From assembly GCA_051294375.1 (NCBI GenBank), contig CM119265.1:28190553-28239166 (forward strand): DNA of 48,614 nucleotides, in the 5' to 3' direction. Of this stretch, positions 12,601 to 24,100 are shown one piece after another. Position 1 is the first letter of the stretch. The number at the start of each line of letters is the position of its first letter. The DNA comes from Paraspadella gotoi. Lineage: Eukaryota; Animalia; Chaetognatha. The notes under the pieces were generated by a model. It was not told the origin of the DNA and did not search any database. It worked only from the letters and a program-made list of their open reading frames with translations. A program made the translations under genes and the position numbers.

Positions 12601-14941
12601 GTTAAAGTTTAAGGAAAGAATTAAGCGAGGGATATTACAGTTAGTGATTCATTTATAATTTTAAAAATATATTTATATTAAATATTTATTTTAAAATCAA
12701 ATTCTGAAAAAAAGAACAGAAATGAGGCTCTCTCGATAAAGAGAGCCCGAATTGGCCCCCTCTATTTTTTAATCTGAGCTTTAAGAACTGAGCGCGTTGC
12801 AGTCAAAGTTGGGTGGGTTTTTTAAATTCAGTTACAGACGAGGAAAGTTTTTGGCGCAGCTTAAGATTCTGTCGCATCAGTAAAAGACAGAAGTGAATGA
12901 AAAATACTTTTCGCAAACTTCCGTGCAATTTGTACTATGTCGCTCAGGATGCTATGTCGATGCTGTTACTAAAATAAATCACAATTATATCAGACAGATT
13001 GCTGAATGATAAATCTGATACTCAATCAGATAGAAATTTGCTTACTTTTTTCTTCAGGGGTTTTACCGGTCCGTCACTATTTTATAAGGACCATTCCGAC
13101 CAGGGCTAGAACCCGGGACCTTTGGGTTTGGAGTTAAAACGCCTCCTGCGCTGATGGACGGAAAAGCCTGACGCAGGGATAAATAGTATGTGTCTCTAGA
13201 GTGTTTTCAAATTTTCTTATGGCTTGCAAGTTCAGGAACAAGACCTGGTAGTTGGTATCACGCATTTAATTACTCCTGGAGTGAAGGGTAGTTAAGTTTG
13301 TCACGCCGAAGGACGATTGGCGATTCACTTCGTAGAAATCGAGCCATCCAGTGTTTTAATTGCTGGCGACAAAAAGAGGAAAAGAGGGAAGATGAAAAAA
13401 AAAGGAAAAGCCCGGGAAGGGTGAGATGGAAGAAGAAAATAGGGACGGAAGATGGAATAGAAAGAAGGGATTACGAAGATGTAAAAAAAAACCTTATTTT
13501 CCCAAACTGTTCAATTTTATTAAAATCAGAACTAATAAGTTTTTTAAATTTTCGAGATGAGGTTAGGAGTTGAGGAAAGGTTTAGGGGGTTGGAGTTTGA
13601 GGAAAGGGTTTAGGGTTTGGTTGAAGAAAGGGTGTTAGGGTTTGGATTAAGGAAAGGGTTTAGGGTTTGGATTAAGGAAAGGGTTTAGGGTTTGGGTTGA
13701 GGTAAAGAGGTTTAGGTTTTGGATTGAGGAAAGGGTTTAGGTTTTGGATTAGGAAAGGGTTAAGGTTTTGGAGTAAGGAAAGGGTTTAGGGTTTGGATTA
13801 AGGAAAGGGTTCAGGGTTTGGATTAAGGAAGTGGTTTAGGTTTTGGATTAAAGGGAAAGGTTAGGTTTGGATTAGAGGAAAGGGTTTAGGTTTTGGATTG
13901 AGGAAAGGGTTTAGGTTTTGGATTGAGGAAAGGGTTTATTTTGGATTGAGGAAAGGGTTTAGGTTTTGGATTGAGGAAAGGGTTTAGGTTTTTGATTCAA
14001 GTTATTGGTTAGGTGAGAGGGGTTAGGGGGTCAAGGGTTACGGGATAAGGTGAGGGAGATAATTAGGTTTAAAAATTTGGAAAACTAATTAGTGATTTAT
14101 TTTGGTTAAATATTAAAATGTAAATATTAAAATTAGGGTGCTTTCTAAAAACATTGCCAGATATTCTAAAGTTACGTCATTTCTACAACTTGATACAAGT
14201 ATTAATGAAAAATAGGAAGTGAAATAAAAACATGAATGAAAATAATAGCAAAAAAAATTATTAAAATCTATCTACCTCTAATTATATCCATTCTATGCAA
14301 AAATGATGAAGAGGAAAAGTGAAAGGAATTCAAGAAAGAAGATAAAAATGGAGTAAAGATTGGAGAGAAAGAGAGAGATAGAGAAAGAGAGAGAGAGAGA
14401 GAGATGAAAGAGAGAAATGGAGTGAAGATTGAAAAGCGAGAAAATTGAAAAATAAAATCAATTAAAATAAAATGAAAAAATATAAAGAAAGGGCGGGAAA
14501 AAACAGATATTTTTTTTACAATTATTTTTTTTTCTTTTTTCAAATTCTTTTTTTTTAGATAAAGCTGAACAATACCTGCAGTTATGCCTGTTCAGAAATA
14601 ATAATCATAATTATTACTAACATTTTTCTCAATAAAATTTCAGCAAGTTATTATTATCCACATATTTTTAATCTAAGGGATATACTCCTTAAGGCCTTAT
14701 TGTATAGCTAAAAAAATTCTTTTTTTAATTTTTATTTTCAGTACATTGTTTACATTCTGTTAAGATTGTCATCTTTGTTTATAAATCTATCATAAAGAAA
14801 CGGCTCCATCTAAAAGAAGGAAGTAAAGATAGAGAATTTTATGCTTCTTTTCTTTCTCTTTTTATTCTGAATAAATTTGAAAACAAAAAAAAAATCTCTG
14901 ATGAAGAAAAAAACAGGAAAAATAAGTCGTTTTATTCATCT

Positions 14942-14977
<36 letters not shown>

Positions 14978-17145
14978 TTCTCTCTCTCTCACTTTCTCTC
15001 TCTCTCTTTTTCTCTCTCTCCTCTCTCTTTTTTTGTTTCCCTGATAAAGTTCTTTTTACGAGATTTTTTTAGTTTTGCAGAAAAAAATATACAGATAGTG
15101 CACACATGATCAAATTAATACTACGTATTTACGAATTTCCGGGAAAGAAAAAAAATATAAAGAAACATCAAATAAACCTTTCCATGTCATGTCATGTCAT
15201 GTTGTGTTCAGCTGAACCGGGCGACTATTATTGCCAGGGAGATGATGATTGCTGCTCCTACAAAAATAATTGTGACATTGGAGAGGGCGACTGCGATTCT
15301 AACTCTGATTGCAGGTTAGTATTTCTATTGTCAAAGTTAATGTACAAATGTCTTTCTGCAAGACATCTCTTAATAGTTAATTGTTTCAAACTTTGAAATA
15401 TCTCATTAAATTTTTTTTTTAATCTCCAGACCCGGACTCGTTTGCGGAACTGATAACTGCAGGTTTGAAAATTTGGCACTCTTTTCCCAGAGCGCCCCAT
15501 TTCTGCTTGTTTATGCCAGAATTTATTTTAACTTAACAGGGTAGGGATTCAAAACTTAGAAAATCCGTATCACTTCTTCTTTTTTTTTACTTTATGACGC
15601 ATTGTGTGTATCAAAATAAAAAATAAAAAAAAGTTGTAACTATTAATGCAATGCGATAAGCACTGTTGCAAAAACGACACCTGCCACAGCACAGCACCCA
15701 GCACCCAAAAGAATCACAACTGCTTTTCATAAACGCTACTGAAAGATTGACCCATAGTTCAGAAATGGTTTATCCTAGCCTATCAATATTTTGGTTAAAA
15801 GTCATATGGGTGCCCCCCTTTAAAACGCCCTACTTAGCAAAGTTAAAAAGAATTTGATATGGATAATATAAAGCCGGAAAATCCTTCTGTCAAAAATTAA
15901 AATGTTGCTGCATCTGAAATCTTCATTTTTTTTAGCTGTAAACAAGAAAGCCCTTTGTTACAGCTATACATATTAAACCCAAGGGTATTGCCTATTCATA
16001 AATGTCAAGAAATGGAATCTCAGTACTCTATAGTAGACTGCAGCAATGGTTTTTAACACAGTAGCAAAATTACAAAGAAATATTTTTTTTTATTTGATGC
16101 TGCAGTATATTGCATTATGCTATTAACTTGATATTTTATACATAGAATCCCAACTACATTAGTTATTTTTTTTCAAGCTTACAGTGTGAACTTTTAGAAA
16201 AATATTTTTTACAGCATCTTAAAATTTCTTTTAATAATCAAGGATAGAAATAACTTCTCAAACTGCTGCAGCTTAATGGCCATAGCATAGGGTAATAAAG
16301 ATAACATGTCCCAGTAAATATTTCTAAATTGAGTTCTTCATTTGCTCTCTTTAGAATTTTCCTTTTAGCATATAAAGGTGCTTCCAGCACATATATTTTT
16401 GGTTTTGGGCATGCTTCAATTGTTGCTTACAGCACCCTTATATATGGCTCTAATCGACTGGGCTTTAGTGCACGGTTTCCCGACCTAGAATACTAGTTAT
16501 TCCTATTCTTAATAAACTTCTTAATTATATAACATACTACTAGGAAATGTTAACATATTTTAGTAGTGGTTTTATGCTGAAATCCGGCGCGGAGCAAATT
16601 CAACCAACGTTTTATACTTCTCGGTACCGTGGGGTATTGTTCAAGTATGAAAAAAAATAAAACCTCTATCAGAGAGAGAAAACATCAGTGATCATTTTGA
16701 TGTATTATAAAATAAAATTAAATAATTTTTTTCCTTTGAAATCTAATGGTAAATTCTATTCTAAGTTTTGATTCACTACCAATATTCAACCTAACTCTAA
16801 CCTAATCTTTAAGTAAAAATATTTAGCTGATTCCGAATTTTAGATAAAATAGGGCATTTTGTAAAAATAAAGCCATTGATGGCTTGATTGAATAATTTAT
16901 TGCTTGTTTGAATGATTTTCTAACTGATATATTGATTGAATGATTTATAGATGGATTGAATCATAAATTTATTGATTGACTAATTTATTGCTTGATTGAT
17001 TGATTCATTGGTTGATCAATTGATTGACTGTTCGATTAATTGCTTAACCTACATTATTTAATTAATTTTAATTTAATTAAGGTCGATGAAAGACTATTAT
17101 TATTACCGCGATCATTTCGACGAGAAGGACGACTGCTGCTATTAA
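8608..17145 (+). CDS. C-type lectin domain protein with C-terminal cysteine-rich GEGDCD module (5'-partial, 4 exons seen)
   Basis: Exons 8608-8772, 15212-15314, 15430-15462 and 17082-17145 are all GT-AG and phase-compatible (1,2,2). Translation: ..YIFEDGTTATSPKWTGNLNPLEKSVTDCVQIRSEDGGWKIEDCNRKSPYICQYN-AEPGDYYCQGDDDCCSYKNNCDIGEGDCDSNSDCRPGLVCGTDNCRSMKDYYYYRDHFDEKDDCCY*. Confidence 0.8.
13090..13160 (-). mobile_element. tRNA-like (B-box) fragment, probably SINE-derived; similar fragment at about 19010-19080
   Basis: The minus strand reads CCAAAGGTCCCGGGTTCTAGCCCTGG here and CCGAAAGTCCGGGGTTCTCGCCCGG at 19 kb, resembling tRNA T-arms. No full cloverleaf. Confidence 0.3.
13560..14000 (+). repeat. 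About 25-bp minisatellite containing telomere-like TTTAGG(G)
   Basis: Unit GGATTGAGGAAAGGGTTTAGGTTTT, roughly 17 degenerate copies, intronic. Confidence 0.85.
15212..15462 (+). CDS. Two exons (15212-15314, 15430-15462) of the Cys-rich GEGDCD module
   Basis: TTCAG|CT..TGCAG|GTTAGT and CTCCAG|A..TGCAG|GTTTGA; they encode CQGDDDCCSYKNNCDIGEGDCDSNSDCRPGLVCGTDNC. Confidence 0.8.
17082..17145 (+). CDS. Terminal coding exon of the lectin/GEGDCD gene
   Basis: TTAAG|G acceptor, phase 2, SMKDYYYYRDHFDEKDDCCY-TAA; ATTAAA about 30 nt downstream. Confidence 0.7.
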
Positions 17146-17522
17146 CCCCGTGAAAAGAAAAATATATCACTGATTAAATTTGAAACTATTAATATTGTTT
17201 AAATATTCTAAACTAAGCCTAATTAAACTAATTAATTAACAGTTTCAACCTTTAACTAATAATTTTAGTCGAGTCACTTCATTCCAAATGAGATTGTGTT
17301 ATTCCATCTCATGTACATACTGCAGCAGTTGAGATTATTTGTCACATATTTTGATTAAAAATTTATTTAAATAATTTTTTTTATCTTTTATGTTATTAAG
17401 TGAAATTATAAGTGAAGAAAGAACTACAAATGAGCTGGCCCCATCACTTATCTCATCATTTTTCTTACTTAATTAATTTATTTAACTTGTTGTCATTATT
17501 CTTAGTTTAAATTTAAGTTTAA

Positions 17523-17567
<45 letters not shown>

Positions 17568-17864
17568 AAAGGTATTGAAACAAAACAAAACAAAAGACAA
17601 AACAAAACAAAGCTTATTGAAAGATAAAGAGATTGGTCCAGGTCTATTAAAAATCGATTAAAGCGTTAGAAATTCTAATACGGAGTCGAAGTTGATTGGT
17701 ACAAAACATCTAACGAGAATAAATTAATTTTTATCGAGAAGAGTGACTTTTTCTTATTATAATATATTTATACATTGTATTCGATCTTTCTTTTTGTTGT
17801 TTATGTAAGTTTAGGCAGTGTAACGAAAATTCGTTTGAACAACAATTTATTATGTTTTTAAGAG

Positions 17865-17887
17865 GACATGTTTCGAGTCTTCATCAG
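17865..17887 (-). ncRNA. Degenerate PLE-type hammerhead motif (stem II collapsed)
   Basis: Minus strand CTGATGAAGACTCGAAACATGTC, the same core as at 3997 with the stem II loop deleted. Confidence 0.45.
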
Positions 17888-19718
17888 CAAGTGAAATATG
17901 AGAGTCAAACATCAGTTTTGGAGAGAGAGAGAGAGAGAGAGAGANNNNNNNNNNNNNNNNNNNNNNNNNNNNNNNNNNNNNNNNNNNNNNNNNNNNNNNN
18001 NNNNNNNNNNNNNNNNNNNNNNNNNNNNNNNNNNNNNNNNNNNNNNNNNNNNNNNNNNNAGAGAGAGAGAGAAACAAACAAACAACGCCGGATCTGCACA
18101 TGGGTGTTTAGCGGTAAGCAGCAAATCAGATGATTAGTTATGATTAATCTTAAATTTTTCATTCTTTTATTTAATCCAATTCACCAACAATATTTATTGT
18201 TTTTTTATGTGGTAGTTGGTTTAATTCTGGTGATTATATTATTGAAGTTCTGACATGATCTAAATGACTTACCGATAAGATATTAGGGTGGGAGCGATGG
18301 ACCGACAAAGTGAATTATAGATTTGGAATCTGCTGTAAGCTGCTGTAAGCAGATTCGGCTAAAAAAGAAAGAAATGAAAAGACGAAAAAAAAATAATGAT
18401 CATTCAAATAATGTTTGTTCTTGAGTGCTCCACTCTAGTGGTTAGTCTTGACCAGAAGTCTTATATCCACATTTAAGGAAAAACTCATAGAATTCGGGGG
18501 TGAATATCAACCGAGGTATCTGGGAAGATAAGATGGTATCTAGCTAAAGGTAGGTTCTAACTAGTCTCTCATCAGCGGAAAAGAGGTAAGTAGGGGTAAG
18601 TATGTAATGGTAATAGGAAAACAGATATAACAAAGGGTATCAGGGTACATGAAAGGGGAGAAAAGGAGAGGGAAGGTTTGCAGACCCCGAGACCGAGAGG
18701 AGAAGTTGAACTAGTGAGTCCGATCTCCAAGACTCTATCCGTGACTCCGGGGATGAAGAGGAGGGGACGACGAGGGAGGAGGAGGCGTTGAGAGAGGGAG
18801 AGAAGGCCCGGGGGAGAGAGAGGTTCTGGCGGTAAGGTGAGCCTCTATCTTGGTTATATTTTCCGAGAATAAAGGTGACGGTGAAGAGACAGTAATGTTT
18901 GTTATATGATAGTGACAGAACCGTTTAATATAAGCAGTCCCTGAGCTTCGGATCAGGCTATAACACCGTGTTACAGGGGGGTGAAGCGCCCGTCCCTCTT
19001 AACTGCTAGGCGACCACCGGGCGAGAACCCCGGACTTTCGGGGTGGAGAGGCGAATGACTTGCCTCCGGCACCAATGGCCGCTGATGAACGGTTGGTGGA
19101 TTTTAGTCCACCATAACGGTGAGATACACGCAGGAGTCTTGATCAATTCTACTGAAACTAAAACAATCTAGGTCTATTTATATCTAAGAGAGAGGATCGG
19201 CGACATGGGGTAGATTTTACAGTTCCAATGATTCTGCAAGCTGATTGGTCGATTCCGGTTCCATGCTTGACCAGTCAGGATTCGGCTAATCCATTTCCTG
19301 TAGAGATCGCCCGAGTCTCCGATCCGATTTGCTTTTGGTGGCTTGATACTCCTGCGATGTTGTTATATTAGGATGCTGGCTTTTTTTTGCGCGTTTGCTT
19401 CTTTACTTTGGTCTTAGGGTTTAAGATATTTTATATTTCAAAACATAACGTAAATTCCAATGTGTTGCATCGCAATTATTTTCCTTAATATTTACTTATT
19501 TGACGATGATATTAACCATATTAATTTTAATACTATTCAGACATTTTTACCTATCCAAAGGATGTATGGATTAAGTAATAAGAGAAAATGCGTGTATAAA
19601 TTGTAAATGGGAAAGATTTCATGATGAAGACTTCGTAGACTTAAATGTAATGAAGTAGATTTTTATGGCCTATTGTTTTATTTTGTGCCTAAAGCCCCAT
19701 TGAATAAATTCAAATTCA

Positions 19719-19832
<114 letters not shown>

Positions 19833-19834
19833 CT

Positions 19835-20326
19835 TTTTACCCGCGGCGCCTCTCAAAAGGCGCGAACCCAAAGAAGGCGTCGATGGAAAAAGAATTCCGC
19901 CATTTCTAATTTTAGATCACGGAATCTTTTGCTTTTTTCTCATTTTTCTTTTGCTTTCTTTTCTTTCTTTTGCTTTTTTTTCTTTTTTCTTTTGCTTTCT
20001 TTTCTTTCTTTTGCTTTTTTCTCTCTTTTCTCTTTTTTCTTTTGCTTTCTTTTCTTTCTTTTGCTTTTTTCTCTTTTTTCTTTTGCTTTCTTTTCTTTCT
20101 TTTGGTTTTTCTCTTTTTTTTTGCTTTCTCTCTTTTTTTTTCTTTCTTTTTGCTAATCCCCTGAGAGAGTACGATTGCTTTCCTAAGGAGTAAGTATGAT
20201 TGCTTTCCCCAAGAGTTAGTATGATTGCTTCACCCAGAAGAGAGTATGTTTGCTTCCTCCAGGAGAAAGTATGATTGCTTCCCCCGAGGAAAAAATAAAC
20301 CTCTGGGCGCCATCTTCCGCGTAAAA
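19835..20326. repeat. Compound minisatellite block, possibly the interior of a small TIR element
   Basis: About 20-bp CTTTTGCTTTCTTTTCTTT units (19926-20152), then about 24-bp AGTATGATTGCTTCCCC units (20168-20290). Ends TTTTACCCGCGG / CCGCGTAAAA are weakly inverted. Confidence 0.55.
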
Positions 20327-20575
20327 GTTTCGCGATTGATTTCAGCAAAAAAGATTCTCTTTTCTTTTTTGGCCAAATGATGATTGGTCAAAAAAAATGG
20401 GCATAGTCATACAGACTGAGGAGGCAAAAGTAAAAAATAAATTTTTGAAAAAAATATTTATTTCTTGTAATCCTATTTTAGTTCGTACAATGATCTTTTT
20501 TGCCTTTAAAAACGGTGAAAACAAAATGGTTAACATCGCGATGTAAAACGTAATGTAATGTAAAATAGAAAAGTA

Positions 20576-21143
20576 TTAGGCAAGTTCAAAAATCCTCAAT
20601 CCTTTCACGATGACATAATCGAATTCCAGTTTTTCTGTGATTTCAATTTTGAGACTCTTCACTTCCAACAGTCTGTCGACCGGGAAGAATCTCCATTGAG
20701 AAGGTTCGTCGAACTCCGTCGCAACTTCCGGGCAAAGTTGGATCCATCTCTCCGTGTCTATGTCGTCCTTTGGGTTTTCATCGTCTCCGTCTCCATTCTC
20801 TCCATCTTCCCTCTCTCCCTCTCCATCTTCCCTGTCTCTCTCTCCATCTTCCTTCTCTCCCTCTCCATCTTCCCTCTCTCTCTCTTCCTCTTCTCGTCCC
20901 AAAACTCGAATCTTAACCGGAAAATCGTCCAAGAATCGATTCTTGACCGCGATTACGATCGGCGTGGCGGGCGCCGGCAGGTCGCGCCGGATCCACGCCT
21001 GGCACCGCGCGGCGCCGCAGATTTTTTCCGAGGCCCAACAGAAATTTTCGTTTGACTCGAAGATGGAATCGGCTTTGAGACTTCCGCAGCCGGAGCCGCT
21101 AGAAGTTGAGATGGAACCACCGAGAGATATGTCCCCAACGTCC
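20576..21143 (-). CDS. Terminal exon encoding a discoidin/F5-8C-like beta-sandwich with an acidic loop insertion
   Basis: CTGAC branch site and CCAAG|G acceptor. Translation ..ISTSS..ADSIFESNENFCWASE..QAWIRRDLPAPATPIVIAVKNRFLDDFPVKIRVLG-(E/D/G-rich)-RWIQL..QWRFFPV..VKSLKIEITE..DYVIVKGLRIF* follows the galactose-binding-like domain pattern. Confidence 0.75.
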
Positions 21144-24100
21144 CTTGGAGCGGGGGAGAAATGTCAGAGGATGTTGAAAGATGTTGCCTTTTTTTATTTA
21201 AGTAGAAGTTGCTTAGTAGCAGTAGTAGTATTTATAGTTGTAGTAATCTAATATAAGTGCAACTTGCTTCAAAAAACAGTAAATGAAATCATAATAATTT
21301 TATTGCTAAGATAAATTGTAACTTCACTTTTTTCATATTAATTACTAATTATCTTCAATTACTTTAATCATTTAACAAACCTCAGACCCTTTATTTGCTC
21401 TTTGTCATTGATATCAAGTTGATGTGCAATTTCTTGCAGTAGATCGATGTTCCGTGAATCAGCAAAGGCATCGATGAGGCCCTGAAAATGAAACAAGTTA
21501 AAGAAAGCTTAAGAACCTGGATCCGTTTTTATCAATTTCGTAATAATCCTGGCAATTATTTCTACTTAACAATGGAAAAACTACCTTCAATGTGTAAAAA
21601 GTATTTCCAAAACCTTTTAACAGGGGTCCGTAAAGGGATGTGTATCGGAGTTTTTCCAAGTGACTCGGTGGGATAAACGTCGATGCTATTTCAACAAGAA
21701 CTTCTAAATACATCAAATCTGGTTCGGAGAAAACTTGGGATTCAGTGCAGTATTGTTGTAGTTGTTCCCACCCACATTTGTCACTTTCTATAAAAATGGA
21801 TATTCTTTGAAGACACAGTTGTACATCAAATACTCCAACAACTTTACAGAAATCGTTGAAGGAAAGCATTGCTATTTTTTGGCGATAATCTTCGGCAGAA
21901 AGTCTTTCATGAATTGCCAGCTTCAAGGCGGACGTCAGATTGGGACCGATGCCGAAAATCAGCGCCGCCTCGAACATGGCGTCGAAAGCCTCAGGATGTT
22001 CGTCCTCTTCAGCGATGCTTATGCAATGGGCGATTCCATCAACGAGACGAGATCTTGCTTCCGTCTCGCCTTGCCTCTTCAGATCCTCGCAATGGCGCAG
22101 CACAGATGTCAGTTGGCGCAAAACGTCGAAAGGCCTCCACTTAATTGAAAGGTCGTCCATCTTCAGACGAATTGCTTTGATGGTTGATTCAGGAAGGATG
22201 CAGTTCTCGATGGCGCACAGGATTTTTGCGCAGTGTAAAAGGTGTATATCTTTCAGTAACAAGAATGGATATCTTTTATTTATTTATTTTGTTTTTAAAG
22301 ACTAAAGTCATAGTTTTTTTTAAATCATTCGCAAATATCATTTGATGCCTTTTCGCAGGGTAATTAAAATATTTTTTTTAATAATCTTTTTTTTTATAAA
22401 TTGCTACATTGTATATTAATAAAAAAAGATATCCATCCTGTTTCTTTTTGTAACCAACTGGTCTATTCAAATTCAATGAAAATGATCATTCAGATGGACA
22501 ATCGCAAGTGACATGCGCCTCTTGAACATCTGTTCAGATTTTTAAGATAGACAAATCAAATCTCTGACAAGTACCACGTTCAGCAACATTCTCCTCAGGT
22601 GAATGTAATGGCCTCCTGATTGAACACGAGGGCCTCTACCTTTTTCAAAACCTTGAAGATAGCAATGTCTAGATCAGGTAACGGGCAATCATACGTGCGT
22701 ATTGAATCAATTGCGGGCAGGATTCTTCTTTGTGTTTTCGAAACACGATGTTATCTTTGCACATTCCAAGAAATTATTGTTCCAGAGTTTGGTCCAATTT
22801 TCCAATCAACACAGAGATAAGAGGTTCTGGGATCTTTCATTTCCAAACATTGTCCGTTTTATACATATTACTTATACAGTTCAGATTGGTTAATCAATGT
22901 TTGACTGTCATACCATTTTTTTCAACAATTGGTTCAACCCCTGCTTAATTTCTCCCATATAGGCATTACAATGTGTTGATCTTGATCAATCTTTCAGAAA
23001 TCTTCATCGAACGTCGACAATATTTTTTCTACTTGATGACTCATTGCTTTGTCACTCTCCATCACAGCAGAAATTCTCAATTTTATTCATTAATTCTGCG
23101 CATTGAATAAACTTTGAATCTTTTGTTTCATCCATTCATCGATGAGAGCCGGGTGTAACTTTTTCCCCTGTGGCTTTCATAGCTCAAACCTATTGACGAG
23201 TATATTCCGCTTAATTTAACTAAGTATTCTACATCAAACTTCTTTTTTCGGTACCAAGCTGCTAGAAATTCTCCCAATTTTATCCGAATCACATCCTTAC
23301 ACGGAATCCCTATCAGTGACGACATCTGAATAAGTTTTTCAAACTTTGTGATGTTCAGTTCTTCCCTCCAAAGATCCAACTTATCGCGGTAGAGATTGAT
23401 CACCATTTCAATGCAGTCGGTCGACACGAACAGAAATTGATCCGAACCAAGCTCTTCCTCCGATTCCGTAATCAGATAACTCAACACTCGAGATTCTTTC
23501 TCGTTTTGGAGAATCTTTAGCAGATCGGGTTTTCCCTCTTTCATGTACAGAGATTGGCCGATGCTAAAAGGATCTTGACCCAAAATCGTTGGCTGCTTCT
23601 TCAAGTTAAAACTTCCTCTTTTTGGACATAAAGAAAACAATGGACTTTGTATTCTATGCCTCGTGTCTTGTCCTCTTCTTTTGAGTACAGGATCTTGCTC
23701 GTCATTGGATAAACACTTTCTCCGGCTTTCGTGATTCCCTTTGGTTTCCATATTCATCAACTCTGGGGCCTTTGGTAATACTGTTCCACGCTTTGTGTTT
23801 GCTTTCAGCATTCCATCGAGTTGAGCTTTAAAGTCTTCGCTACTTTCCTTCCTGAGTTTCTTCTTTTCAGATTCTTTCTTAGGAAGCCGTGCAGTTTCTT
23901 CTTGTTGCTTCTCAACTAAACAGCCAAGGCTCACAGAGCGTTCAACATCAAACAGATTCGCACTGCAGATTCGACTCTCCTCATTCAACTTTGTCTTGCA
24001 GTGTGGAAGGATCCCAGGTGACCATAATTTTTTTTCTGTTTTGTCATCAGGACTGACTAAGGTTTCCTGAATAATTGATTCTGAGTATCCTCTTATTCTT

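Larger units (their letters stand above)
5138..13015 (+). repeat. Tandem segmental copies: 5138-8237, 8238-11392 and partial 11392-13015
   Basis: Near-identical sequence. The third copy is full of single-base indels typical of an unpolished long read. Confidence 0.85.

Noticed and set aside
13560-14000. True telomere or interstitial telomeric array
   Set aside because: The unit is a 25-mer with only one TTTAGG(G), not tandem hexamers.
18400-19400. Autonomous retroelement or gene in the GC-richer block
   Set aside because: No long ORF or recognisable RT/endonuclease motifs; at most an unclassified repeat fragment.
20696-21251. Plus-strand ORFs overlapping the F5/8 exon (and similar ones at 21762-22305 and 45229-45893)
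   Set aside because: Antisense shadows of real GC-rich exons on the other strand.
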